A stretch of 64,000 bases of DNA from Octopus sinensis (GCF_006345805.1 NC_043011.1:3472001-3536000), one strand, 5' to 3'. Counted from the first letter of the stretch, positions 1 to 11,949 are shown. Made by a program: numbers and translations. The notes: generated from the letters alone by a model not told the origin.

Positions 1-197
1 ATGGCTGCACCCTGAACCTGCATGAATAGTTTCCTTTCAAACTGCACTTTGTGGTTCTTCAAGGTGGTTCTTATGCCAGCCCCTATAGCATGCACCATCA
101 ATCATTGCACCTGATTGTTGTTCTCAGTGTCCTGGTTGAGGATGGTCCAGCCACTCCAGTACTTTGTAGTGCTTTTCTTCACTGCTGAGGTGATGGC

Positions 198-747
198 CAA
201 CAAAAAAATGAAAGTTGGCTTGTGGTCCTTCAGTGTAAAGTAAGTTGCTGGTTTGCCTGTACCAGCATCACAACTTATTCACTCACCAATACTTAGAAAT
301 TTCAAAACATGTTGTCAATTGCTAATCTAACACAAATTTCAGCTGACCTAATCATAAGTTTTCCAGGTTTCTCCAATCTGTCACTGATGTTAGGTGGCGC
401 TACTTGCTGATACTTATATGGTCAACAGTACTTACAAGGTAGACTATTTGTTTTTGTTTGTTTTGTTCTATTTATTATTATAACCTGTTTGCTTTTAGCT
501 TCAGCCATGGTTCCAATGAATAAAGAAAATACTATTCCTGCTAAATACAAACACCAGATATTGTTCAAGACAAAATTGAACTTTTGAAAAAAAAAAAACT
601 CACTCAAAAACTCGACTAATGCATCTGTAAAAAGTCTACGAGAATTATACAGCACTGGATCTTTCACGATTTATGAGAAAAAGAAATATGAAACCTGACC
701 TCAGAAAAAGGAAAACATCTCAAGAAGTACAACAGATCATAAATCAA
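198..747 (+). mobile_element. Insert bounded by a 15-bp direct repeat; possibly an N-terminal fragment of an R4/Dong-like LINE
   Basis: tgctgaggtgatggc at 183-197 and 748-762. Removing the insert restores the PLE reading frame. The plus strand reads NASVKSLRELYSTGSFTIYEKKKY. Family assignment is from memory only. Confidence 0.55.
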
Positions 748-1699
748 TGCTGAGGTGATGGCGGGTGAACTTCCCCTCTGTGACCTGGTGGAGCAGAAAC
801 TACTTAAATCATAGTTGCCTAGGTAGTTACAATCAGAGCAGAGTTTTAGAAGGAGGCCCAGTTACAGAACTCTACTTCACTCTCACAGATAGTCTCAATG
901 CATTTTTCCACAGCGAAATCTATGTCTATAGATGGTTTGAGGGAAACCACATCCATACTACCCATTACACAACCTGCAAGGTTGTTGGAGTGGTAGCAAC
1001 TACTGAATTCTACCGAGGAGGTCCTCCATGCTCACACATATATTCAGGGACATTTCAGTGAGTAGTCATAACACCTGTGAAAGGAAGTAGAATAGCTTAT
1101 AATTACTGGAAATATTTGCTCTGCAAACTGGCTGGGCTGGGGGCCCCATAATAGGGTCTACAAAGGTTTATTGTCCTTTTATAGCCTGTACATCATAGCA
1201 ACATCGTTGATGTATGCTTGAAAATTTTGTGCAATCTGTTTTCTGGGCCGGAGTATGTTGCACCTCATTCCTATGTGTGCATTTAGAAGTTTTTCTACTT
1301 TTCATGTTCCAGTGGTGCAACTTCTCTCATGCTACTGATGTGCTGTCGCATGGTCTGGACATAGTTCTGTGGGCCATCTATCGACAGATTTGTCCATAGG
1401 GAAGCACACTAATTCCCTGTTCCTAATTTGCTGTTTCGGTTTTTGTAGGTCTTTGGTGACTGTTGAACTGAGTTAGTGGCTCTCCTCCTCATTATATTTT
1501 TTAGTGGGTTTATTATATTGGTCTAAGATATGTCAGAGTTTATTTCTAGTTAAAGAAATCTTTGCCTCTGTCTCACTGTCTGTCTGTGGTGGAATACACA
1601 CCCTTTTGTTGAAGGGTAAGTGTGCAGGGTAGATCCTCGTCATGTCGTATGGTTTATCATAGGAGTTATAGAAGACAGAGTCAATGGTGCAACCGGTGT

Positions 1700-2170
1700 T
1701 ACTATAACTATTGTTGTTGTTGTTGTGGGTGTTGATGGTGTTGAAAGTGGTGGTGGTACTGGTGGTGGTGTGGGTGATGTTGTAGCTGGTATTGTTGTTT
1801 GTGTGTAGGGCGTTGTGGTTATCATTGTTGTTATTGTAACTATTGCTGTTGTCATTAGCATAGTTATTGTTGTTGTTGTTGGTGGTGGTGGTAGTGATGG
1901 TGGTGGTGGTGGTGGTGGTGGTGGTGATGGTGGTGGTGGTGGTGGTGGTGATGGTGGTGGTGGTGGTGGTGGTGGTGGTGGTGGTAGTGGTGGTATTTGT
2001 GGTGGTGGTGGTAGTGGTGGTGGTGGTGGTTGTGGTGGTGGTGATGGTGATGGTGGTAGTGGTGGTGGTGGTTGTGGTGGTGGTGATGGTGATGGTGGTG
2101 GTGGTGGTAGTAGTGATGGTGGTGGTGGTGGTGGTAGTGATGGTGGTGGTGGTGGTGGTGGTGATGGTAG
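1700..2170. repeat. (GGT)n/(GTT)n/(GAT) low-complexity tract
   Basis: Direct reading; explains the poly-P, poly-G and poly-V ORFs. Confidence 0.97.
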
Positions 2171-3279
2171 TATTGTTTTACAGTGTGTTGGCGTTGAAGT
2201 CCTTAGGTAGATCACATTCCGACATGATGGTCCTGTCGATATTGTTTGGGTATCTGTGTTGACTCTGACCAGGCTGAAACCGTTGTTGCTGTTTGTTACA
2301 TGCATGGTTTCATTCAGCAGTATTCTTGCCAGATGAGAGATGCGAATCTGTCTGTTTCATGTGGTGTAGTGGTGTTCATCAGTTCATGCGGTAGGACACA
2401 CTTCTATTTCTGGTATTGGTGGATTTCTGTGTATATCGTGTATTTTAATTTTCTTAAACGAATGGAAATTGAACTGGCGAATGTACTAGATATTAAGGCA
2501 GTATGACTCTCTCCAGACACAACTAAACCCTACTACTACTTCTACTACTACTACTGCTACTGCTGTTGCTTCTGCTACTACTACTACAATTACTATTCAT
2601 AATAATAATGATAGATATGGAGTGAGATGATCATGATGATGCTGGTTAGAGAGCTGAACAGTTGGAGCCGGTTTATTGGGTCATAGGCAATAAAATATTA
2701 AACCAAGAATATCTCAATGAAGAGGAAAAAGGAACAACAGAAAATAGCAACATCATATATACATACATACATATATGTATATACACACACACTTGCACAC
2801 ATTTACATATATATATATACATACATACATATATATTTACATGCAAAATTTATTTACTGTATTTTTTTACATTGCTTCTAGTTTTTGTTTTAGCTTCTTC
2901 ATTTTTGCTTTCATCTTGCTTCTGTATCTTTGGCTCCATATTAGTGTCCCTAGACAATTTTCCCATCTTTTGGTCTGAGTACACTCTTATTTATTTTCAT
3001 TCTTTGTTTTTGACTTCAGAAAACATTTAGCAAAATCAAAGCTTCAAAGTAACATAGCAGACAAAGGGTTTTATATCTGCATCTAAATTTGAGAGTGCAG
3101 AAAAATGCATTCGTTGAAATACTATCGCTCCTGTGGCCCCTCCAAGATGAGGTGCCATTAATATTAAGCTTTATTAGTCTTACAGTAAATCTACCACTGA
3201 TATATTCATATAGCTATCTGGGTGTCTAACTGTCTGACGTGCGTACGTACAGACAGATGAATGGACAGATAGACAAGTG

Positions 3280-4519
3280 CATAGGCTGACCAAGATACTC
3301 TCATGGAATGTGACCAATTGAGGTTTATTTTTCAACATGGTCTCCCTTGTGGTCCACACATTTCTTCCATCGGTGTTGCAGTGCTTTGATTTCCTTGAAG
3401 AAGTTTTCATCTCAGTCAAAAAAGACATCAACAGCAGATATGACATCATCATCACTGCAATACTGGTTCCTAGCCAAGTGTCTTTTCATGACGGGGAACA
3501 GATGATAGTCAAATGCAGCCAAATCAGGAGAACAGGGAGGTTGATCAACCAGTTCAAAGCCACAGTCATGGACAGCAGCCATTGAAACCAAGCTGGAGCA
3601 TTGTCCTGATTACACAAGACCCCTTTCTTCAGTTTTCCTATGTGTGACATCTTGGTAGCTTTTTGTTACTGTCTCAGTACTCTCCATTGATGCTGTGACC
3701 CTTTTGAAGAAGATGGTCTGTAAAGCATGATGTATTTTCTATCCGAAAAAACTGAGGCCACCACCTTCTCTGCAGATGAAACGACCTTGGCCTTCATTGG
3801 AGCAGGTGAGGAGGTGTGTTTCCACTGCACGGATTGTCTCTTTGTCTCTGGGCTCAAAGTGATGAACCCAACACTCATCCTGGGTTAGAAAATGTTCAAG
3901 GAAACCATTTGGGTCTGCTTGAAACAATGTCAGATTTTGCCGCGATGTGCTCAGCCTGGTATGCTTTTGATCGGGTGTCAAAAGACATGGCATCCCTTGA
4001 GCAGAAACCTTCATAATGCCAAGTTCATTGTGCAGAATATTCTTAACTCTCATGGGATATGATAATAGCATTGGCTGTTTGATTTGTAGTCAATCACCAG
4101 TTATTCATCACTATATGGTGAACACAATGTTTTCTTTGGTGATGGCAGTTTTAAGACATCTGGATGTCGGGTTTTCTTCAAGATTCTCTCTTCTCCTAAA
4201 TTCAGCTGCTTCCTTTTGCACTATTGATAAAGCTGGAGTATAACCCACTAATATAGCAAGCATGTCAGCATGAATGTCCCTGGGAGCTAAACCCTTTTTC
4301 TGCAGGTGCTTGATAATACCAGATGCTAAATTTTGTCCATCTTTAAGAGAAATACTTACTTGTTAACTCTTGAAATCCCCTTTGAACAGTCAGATGTCAG
4401 TTTAGCTGAAAAGAATCAGCACAATAATAAAAAGAGGGGAAATTAAAGCCTGCAAGATTTCACAGCTCTAGCAACACTCATTCATAGTCAGCCTATGACC
4501 TTTTGAACCCACCCTCGTA
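3280..4519 (-). mobile_element. Mariner (DD34D) transposon relic
   Basis: ORFs 3739-4071 and 3666-3878 give LTQDECWVHHFEP/ETKRQSVQWKH.SSPAP.KAKVVSSA. TIR tacgagggtgggttcaaaaggtcataggctgac at the right end; partial match cataggctgacc at the left. Confidence 0.92.
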
Positions 4520-4538
4520 CATATATGAATATTATTGG

Positions 4539-4628
4539 GCAAAGTAACTGTGACTTAGAAATATTGCTGCCATTGACCCTGTCTTACAAACTACTGCCAA
4601 AGAAATTTCGAAGTCACAGTCACCTTGC
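4539..4628. mobile_element. Small inverted-repeat MITE-like element
   Basis: gcaaagtaactgtgacttagaaat versus atttcgaagtcacagtcaccttgc, about 21/24 complementary. Confidence 0.55.
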
Positions 4629-4692
4629 AATTCATTTAAATGATGTTTAAATTCTCTCCTAGTATTGAATCATTTTTAAAGTTTTCTATAAT

Positions 4693-4926
4693 TTATTTCT
4701 TTACTGCCCACAAGGGGCTAAATGCAGAGAGGACAAACAAGGACAGACAAACGGATTAAGTCGATTATATCGTCCCCAGTGCATAACTGGTACTTATTTA
4801 ATCGACCCCGAAAGGATGAAAGGCAAAGTCGACCTTGGCGGAATTTGAACTCAGAACGTAACGGCAGACGAAATATGGCTACGCATTTTGCCCGGCGTGC
4901 TAACGTTTCTGCCAGCTCGCCGCCTT
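4693..4926 (-). mobile_element. tRNA-derived SINE family B, full length, 14-bp TSD
   Basis: TSD aagttttctataat at 4679-4692 and 4927-4940. A/B-box-like head; central gtcgac..gcctttcatcctttcggggtcgat..aagtacc motif. Confidence 0.92.
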
Positions 4927-5039
4927 AAGTTTTCTATAATGACACACTGTATGGTCATGAGGATTGGCTAATAATCAAAAGACTACGATTACAAGTGGGC
5001 ATGGTTGAAATTCTTCTGAATCATATTGGGAGTAATGTT

Positions 5040-5400
5040 ACCCAACAGGGTGCATAACTTAGAGATCAGGGTGTCGCTATAGGCTGTGCTGCTACTTCTC
5101 TGCATTGAGAGATCACAGCTCCAGTACTATAGCCATGTGATCAGAATGTTAGAGAAAAGAACTGCAAGACAAATTCTTCAAGCTGAGCCAACTGGCAGGA
5201 GACCTAAAAATGGACAAAGAATGAAACAGTTGCATAGTATTTATGCTTTCATTTGGTTACACTTGGGAATCGAGCTGAAGAGTGTAATGACAGTTGCTTT
5301 TTATATGACCCAGTGGAGAAGGTGTCTGAGAACCCTACCCCCATGACCCACTGGGGAACAGTGGGCAGAGAAGATAGATGATATATAAAAACCCTCATCA
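5040..5400 (+). mobile_element. RTE-clade LINE 3' fragment (Expander/Rex3-like C-terminus)
   Basis: ORF 5086-5346, LLLCIERSQLQYYSHVIRM..PTGRRP..W..LRTLPP, matches the RTE C-terminal pattern IERSQLRWxGH..PTGRRPRGRP..LLPP. Confidence 0.8.
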
Positions 5401-5579
5401 TCGCCATCATCAATATCAGTGTTGTGATATCCATTTGTTGACATAGATAATTGTTCTGTGGCTGGATTCTCTTCTGGCCACCAATCCTTACCTGTTTTCT
5501 AGTCGTATTTCCCCAGGGGCTGGAAAGGATTTCGTGAAAAAGTGCAAACAAATGAAACTTTTGTATGATGTTTAGTTTA

Positions 5580-5724
5580 CTCTCTCTTTTACTCTTTTAC
5601 TTGTTTCAGTCATTTGACTGTGACCATGCTGGAGCACAGCCTTTGGTCAAGCAAATCGATCCCAGGACTTATTCTTTGTAAGCCTAGTACTTATTCTATC
5701 AGTCTCTTTTGCTGAACCGCTAAG
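5580..5724 (-). mobile_element. SINE family A, 3' half only
   Basis: tactcttttacttgtttcagtcatttgactg..catgctggagcac tail shared with full copies. Confidence 0.85.
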
Positions 5725-5737
5725 TTGCTGAACCGCT

Positions 5738-5970
5738 AAGGCGGCGAGCTGGCAGAAACGTTAGCACGCCGGGCGAAATGCGTAGCCGTATTCCATCTGT
5801 TGTTACGTTAAGAGTTCAAATTCCGCCGAGGTCGACTTTGCCTTTCATCCTTTCGAGGTCGATAAATTAAGTACCAGTTACGCACTGGGGATCAATGCAA
5901 TCGACTTAATTCGTTTGTCTGTCCTTGTTTGTCCACTCTGCATTTAGCCCCTTGTGGGTAGTAAAGAAAT
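5738..5970 (+). mobile_element. SINE family B
   Basis: Reverse complement of 4693-4926 with few changes. Confidence 0.92.
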
Positions 5971-6054
5971 ATATATGTACTCTTTTACTCATTTCAGCCA
6001 TGTAGCTGTGGTCATGGTTGAGCCCCACCATGAAAGCACATGACATAATAGTTT

Positions 6055-6345
6055 GGATATTCAGCTCATGAATATCCTAACTATTATATCAGTTCAATAG
6101 CCAGAGGTGCATTGTGTTCTTGAGCAAGACTTTTTATTTCACATTGCTTCAGTCCACTCAGCAGGCAAAAATGAGTAGTGCCTGTATTTCAAAGGGCTAA
6201 GACTTGTCCTATTCTGTGTCAAACTGAGTCTCCCTGAGGACTATATTAAGACCATGTGTGTCTCAAGAGTGCTCAGCCACTTGCACATTAATTTCCATTC
6301 ATCAGATCAACTGGAACATCCATCGTCATAACCGATCAAGAGCCA
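6055..6345 (+). mobile_element. SINE family C, degenerate
   Basis: gtgttcttgagcaagac..tttatttcacattgct.cagt.cactca shared with 9664-9990. Confidence 0.6.
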
Positions 6346-6956
6346 GATATTCACAGGTAGACAAACAAACAATTACATACATTTAAAAAATGTAAACCAA
6401 CAATGAGGGCAAATCTATAAGAATCAAATAGTCAAGTTTATAAATATATTAAAAAATTGTGATTCTGTCCCTCAGAACTCGGAATTTTACATTTCTGCTT
6501 TTTACAGCAAATGTTATTCTTAGTCAATCAGAAAACTTTATAGGTATTTGAAATTTACAAAGTCGATATTAATTGATAGCAAAACCATTTTTCGTCTATT
6601 GCAGTATATGTATATAAACATTTGTACATATATGTGTACATGTGCATATGTGTGTATGTGCATGTGCATGAGTGCATCTACGTTTGTGTCTGTATAGGTA
6701 TATAAAAGTAATCTTTGAAGGTGTTGACATTAACAGACATAAAATGTATATATTTAAGAATTAAATCGATTGATTTACCTACTCACTACTATAATCAATA
6801 TTTGCATTATTTACATACTAGTAATTTTATAAGACTCTCATCAAATGTCACTTTACTCACAAACACTATTAGATGAAGCCACCATTACAATTTTTAACAT
6901 GCTTCTAGATTTATATACCCCTCCACGCATGCACACACACATACACACACTCTCAC

Positions 6957-7003
<47 letters not shown>

Positions 7004-7275
7004 TATATATGCAAGCATATACATTAATATATACATATATATATATATACATGCACACACTCACACAAACACACACACCACTCACACAGACACACACATA
7101 TATATAAAGAGAGAGAGAGAGAGAAAGAGAGGGAAAAAGAGAAAGATAAACCAAGTATTTGTGAAGCAAACTTCTCAACTGTGCAGTCATGCCTTTCAAG
7201 TGTGTGTCTGAGTGTGTACGTAAATCACTTTAATTCAGGCTTCTATACAGTTTCTCTCTCTCTCTCTTTTCCTCC

Positions 7276-7471
7276 CTTTTACTTGTTTCAGTCATTTGAC
7301 TGTGGCCATGCTGGAGCACTGCCTTTAGTCGAGCAAATCGACTCCAGGATTTATTCTTTGTAAGCCCAGTACTTATTCTATCAGTCTCTTTTGCTAAACC
7401 GCTAATTTACGGGGACGTAAACACACCATATTGTCAAGCAATATTGGGGGGACAAACACAGGCACACAAAC

Positions 7472-7532
<61 letters not shown>

Positions 7533-7692
7533 CATACGAACGGCTTCTTTCAGTTTCTGTTTACCAAATCCACTCACAAGGCTTTGGTCGGCTCAAGGCT
7601 ATAGTATAAGACACTTGCTCAAGATGCCACACAGTCGGACTGAACCCAGAACCATGTGGTTGGTAAACAAGCTACTTACCACACAGCCACTT
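7276..7692 (-). mobile_element. SINE family A, full length
   Basis: tRNA-like head, CORE-like gcaccttgggcaagtgtctt segment, CA/TA spacer, LINE-like tail. Confidence 0.93.
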
Positions 7693-8309
7693 CTGTTAAT
7701 TTTTTTTCACTTTCATGGCTTAGATTATCCCAAAGCTATGGTAATCCGTAATCCTTTTTACCAAAGGCAGAAGGCCTGAAATTTTGGTTGCAGGTGCTTG
7801 TTGATAATAACACCATTTTATTGGACTGGTACTTATTTCATGAACCTTAAAATAATGAATGGCAAAGTCAAACCTCAGCACACTTTGAACTCAGAATGTG
7901 AAGACAGACAAAATTCTGCCAAGCATCTTGTCTGACAAACTGAGGATTCTGTCAGCTCACTGCCTTACCTGAGGTCATGATAATATCATTTTTTTATGGT
8001 GCCATGCTGGAGTATTGAACCATGAACTTCATTTTGTGATGTCAGATTTTTTAACCATTCTGCCATTCATGCACCTATGTTTAATATTGGGGCTGTTAAA
8101 TTATGACGTCATTGATTACATTGCATTTACTTAATAAAGAATTCCATTCTTTGGTGCAGTCAGGTTTTTTCTTATATGTGTGTGTTTGAGTGTGTGTGTG
8201 TACACAATAATGTAATGGAGTCTTAGCAGTAGCTTAAGTTTCATGTTCAAGTGAAACATCTTTTCAATAAATAACTTTTTACAGTTCTAGAAACTTAACC
8301 TAGTTTTCT

Positions 8310-8538
8310 TTAACTCTTTCATTACTGTATTTATTTTGAGATGCTCTGTGTTTCTTTCAATTACTTTAAATATAACAAAGAATTTGGTAAAATAACTTAG
8401 TTATCATTTACCTAGTGTTAGGAACATAAATTGTGACTAAGGTTTGGTGGAAGATTTTAATTCAAAACTTATGTAAACAAGACATTTGTACTACAGAGCC
8501 AGAAGTGGTTTCCGCTAGGTTGGTATCAAAAGGGTTAA
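8310..8538. mobile_element. piggyBac-type MITE, copy 1
   Basis: TTAA at both ends; TIR ttaac(t/c)ctttcattac...aaaagggttaa. Confidence 0.85.
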
Positions 8539-8561
8539 GAATTGTTTCTCTATTAAATATT

Positions 8562-8789
8562 TTAACCCTTTTGTTACTGTATTTATTTTGAGATGCTCTG
8601 TGTTTCTTTCAATTATTTTAAATATAACAAAGAATTTAGTAAAATAACTTAGTCATCATTAAGCTAGTGTTAGGAACATAAATTGTGACTAAGGTTTGGT
8701 GGAAGACTTAATTCAAACCTTATGAAAACAAGACATTTGTACTACAGAGCCAGAGCTGGTTTCAGCCGGGCTGGTAATGAAAGGGTTAA
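8562..8789. mobile_element. piggyBac-type MITE, copy 2 (tandem, same orientation)
   Basis: ttaaccctt...gtaatgaaagggttaa; near-identical to copy 1. Confidence 0.88.
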
Positions 8790-9129
8790 ATCAGAGTAAC
8801 TTCCCTTCTACTATCACCATATCTTCTTGCAATGTCGTGTAAATCCCCAACAGCCACATTTTGTATATTTTCCAGCCCATCCTGTTGAATCCGTAATATT
8901 ATTATGTTCCATTTATCCCAAATAAAATAAATGCTTTGCTTGAACATGGAACAGCAATTACTGCTAAGTTTCCATTGAAATACTGAGTAGAGAACATTTA
9001 CAACTCAAGAATTTAGTACCTTTATTTATCAAACTCTATCCATATATGTATATGGGTGTGTGGATATATGTGTTTTCGTATTTGTTTGGATGAATGAACT
9101 TATATAAAGAAACATTTATATACACATAA

Positions 9130-9531
9130 GGCGCAGCAGTGGCTGTGTGGTAAGTAGCTTGCTAACCAACCACATGGTTCCAGGTTCAGTCCGACTGCGT
9201 GACTCCATGGGCAAGTGTCTTCTATTATAGCCTCGGGCCGACCAAAGCCTTGTGAGTGGATTTGGTAGACGGAAACTGAAAGAAGCCCGTCATATATATT
9301 TATATATCTATATGTGTACGTATATGTTTGTGTGTCTGTATTTGTCCCCCCCAACATTGCTTGACAACCGATGCTGGTGTGTTTACGTCCCAGTCACTTA
9401 GCGGTTCGGCAAAAGAGACCGATAGAATAAGTACTAGGCTTCCAAAGAATAAGTCCTGGGGTCAATTTGCTCAATTAAAGACAATGCTCCAGCATGGCCA
9501 CAGTCAAATGACTGAAACAAGTAAAAGAGTA
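9130..9531 (+). mobile_element. SINE family A, full length, flanked by a 74-bp direct repeat
   Basis: Head ggcgcagcagtggctgtgtggtaag..ggttcagtcc; flanks 9056-9129 and 9537-9610. Confidence 0.93.
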
Positions 9532-9663
9532 TGTGAGTGTGTGGATATATGTGTTTTCATATTTGTTTGGATGAATGAACTTATATAAAGAAACAGTTAT
9601 ATACACATAACTACATGGGACTATATGAATGTTTGTAAATATATCTGTATACATTAGCTTTAA

Positions 9664-9990
9664 AGCACATGGCTCAGTGGTCAAGAGCACATGGCTCAAT
9701 GGTTAGAGCGTCAGGCTCATAATCATGAGGTAGTGAGTACAATTCCCAGACGGGGCTGTGTGTTGTGTTCTTGGGCAAGACACTTTATTTCACATTGCTC
9801 CAGTTCACTCACTTTCAGAAATGATTTGTGATGTCACTGGTGCCAAGCTGTATCGACCTTTGCCTTTCTCTTGGATAACATTAGTGGTGTGGAGTGTGGA
9901 GGCTGGTATGCATGGGCGACTGCTGGTCTTCCATAATCAACTTTGCCTGGACAACCTCATGGTCATTCATGACCAAACGGGGTCTTTTAA
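9664..9990 (+). mobile_element. SINE family C with a tRNA-Met-like head
   Basis: tggctcaatggttagagcgtcaggctCATaatcatgaggtagtgagt resembles elongator tRNA-Met (tagcgcgtcagtctCATaatctgaaggtcgtgagtt). About 18 nt of the head is tandemly duplicated. Confidence 0.75.
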
Positions 9991-10079
9991 GATGTCTTTA
10001 CCGTTTTATTGGCCTTAATGTAGGGCTGGATGATGAGCAAACATAGTTCTTTGGATATCTAAATATATGGGTATACTGG

Positions 10080-10387
10080 TTCCAGTGCCGGTGGCACATA
10101 AAAAGCACCATCCGAACGTGGCCGATGCCAGTGCCGCTTTGGCTGGCTTCCATGCCGGTGGCACGTTAAAAGCACCAACCGATTGTGGCTGATGCCGGAC
10201 TCCCCTGGCACCTGTGCAGGTGGCACGTAAAAAGCACCCACTACACTCACGGAGTGGTTGGTGTTAGGAAGGGCATCCAGCTGTAGAAACTCTGCCAGAT
10301 CAGACTGGAACCTGGTGCAGCCTTTGGGCTTCCCAGACCCCGGACGAACCGTCCAACCCGTGCTAGCGCGGAAAACGGATGTTAAAC

Positions 10388-10423
<36 letters not shown>
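10080..10423 (+). mobile_element. RTE LINE 3' UTR with 3 structured repeat units and a (GAT)n tail
   Basis: Same UTR as 58850-59640 (ggcacgtaaaaagcacccactacactcacggagtggttgg..ttaggaagggcatccag). Confidence 0.88.
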
Positions 10424-10424
<1 letters not shown>

Positions 10425-11184
10425 TTGACATGTGCTTTTGTATGCATAGACATGCACACACACATTAAATTTCCGTTAATATTACATCTGCTGATATAAG
10501 ATAATAAGTACCTACAACCAGTGCTCAGTTTGACTTCCTGCCTAAATCCAACGAGAACTGTAATTAAAAATGTAAAGGTGTTATAGATGTCTAGATAAGG
10601 ATTGTTTATAGGCAGTGCTTCAATCGAACTGGTACCTGTTTAATAGAATAAAGGTAGAGGCAAGTAAGCAACTGGTATCAAGCCAGATAATGACATTTAT
10701 TTATTTGTACATTTATACTAAGGCAGAAATAGATGGTCACTAAAATGCTGGCTGTGGACCGCTTGCAGGGAAATGTGCCAACAACACATCTATTCTTGAA
10801 ACAGCTGTAGGAGACTACCTGTACAGCTTCTTTCTTTTCTCAACCAGCTTTGGAGTCTAGCTATGATTGTCTGCATTATTCTACTATCTAAAATCAACAA
10901 TACAGACTTTCTTTATAACTCTGTGTTTGTGTATAAATCTGTGCATGTGCACATGTGCATGTGTCTGTATTGGATATACACATACATGGCTGTATACACA
11001 AGCATCATGGCAGAATGTATATGGAGATCAAATCACATGCATATATATATATATATATTCGTTTTGCAAGATTCTTCAGGTGAATATATATATATATATA
11101 TATATATAATAAATATTAGGGAATAAATCCAAACTTACAGGGAAAAATCAGATTTAGGATTGAATCCAATTTATAGTAAAATAT

Positions 11185-11550
11185 TATATTATAATAAATT
11201 AGAGACAAAACCACTATTATGCAAATCAAACAAAGAAAGACTTAATCCAATACATAAATTAATTTATATTATTTTGAAATTTAACAATTATTAATATCCA
11301 CTACGATCGTTTCATGTCTTCTTTTCATCACATCTTTGAGTAGTAGACATTCTTCAGGTGGTTTCAAATATTCTTGGCGAGTTTAAACTATGAACTCAAA
11401 GATGTGATGAAAAGAAGATATGAAACGATCATAGTGGATATTAATAATTGTTAAATTTCAAAATAATATAAATTAATTTATGTATTGGATTAAGTCTTTC
11501 TTTGTTTGATTTGCATAATAGTGGTTTTGTCTCTAATTTATTATAATATA
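11185..11550. repeat. 157-bp inverted repeat with 52-nt loop (PLE terminal-repeat-like)
   Basis: Arms 11185-11341 and 11394-11550, two mismatches. Confidence 0.95.
11298..11361 (-). ncRNA. Minimal type I hammerhead ribozyme
   Basis: Minus strand: CCAC-CTGAAGA-ATGTCT(25 nt)AGACAT-GAAA-CGATCG-TA-GTGG. Core intact; predicted GUA cleavage between 11302 and 11301. Confidence 0.85.
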
Positions 11551-11559
11551 TATATATAT

Positions 11560-11593
<34 letters not shown>

Positions 11594-11596
<3 letters not shown>

Positions 11597-11722
11597 AAAA
11601 ATACTCAGATAGTATATGCATATATATATTTTTGCGTAGATATACTAAATACTTCGATATATACACACTTGTTTATTTTCATATATATTATTATACATAT
11701 GTTTCATACATTAATACACATG

Positions 11723-11770
<48 letters not shown>

Positions 11771-11949
11771 TTCATTTTGCAAGATTCTTGATGTGAATAT
11801 ATATATATATATATATATATGGCCATGTGTATTAATGTATGAAACATATGTATGATATATATGAAAATAAACAAGTGTGTATATATCGAAGTATTTAGTA
11901 TATCTATGCAAAAATATATATATGCATATGCTATCTGAGTATTTTTACA
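11594..11949. repeat. ~135-bp inverted repeat around a (TA)n spacer
   Basis: Arms ~11594-11728 and ~11818-11949 (tgtaaaaatactcagat...ggccat / atggcc...atctgagtatttttaca). Confidence 0.9.

Larger units (their letters stand above)
1..2500 (-). mobile_element. Decayed Penelope-like element (RT ORF relic), interrupted by a 550-bp insert and a GGT/GTT microsatellite
   Basis: Minus-strand manual translation gives PLE RT motifs in order: KRVCIPP...QIRNRELVCFPMDKS (~1400-1610), PVCRANISSNYKL..LSQVL (~1070-1140), GSMDVVSLKPSIDIDFAVEKC (~900-970), RGSSPAITS..W (junction 762/182), LKNHKVQFERKLFMQVQGAA (1-80). Many stops. The 1700-2500 extension is less certain. Confidence 0.8.

Noticed and set aside
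1640-2305. 221-aa proline-rich ORF (extensin/formin-like), plus overlapping poly-G and poly-V ORFs
   Set aside because: All are translations of the GGT microsatellite; no domain or splice context.
5709-5740. 16-bp repeat ttgctgaaccgctaag as the TSD of SINE B
   Set aside because: Both copies lie on the same side of the SINE, so it is a local tandem duplication.
9686-9750. tRNA-Met gene
   Set aside because: The B box is mutated, the acceptor stem does not pair, and it continues into a SINE body; likewise for the other SINE heads.
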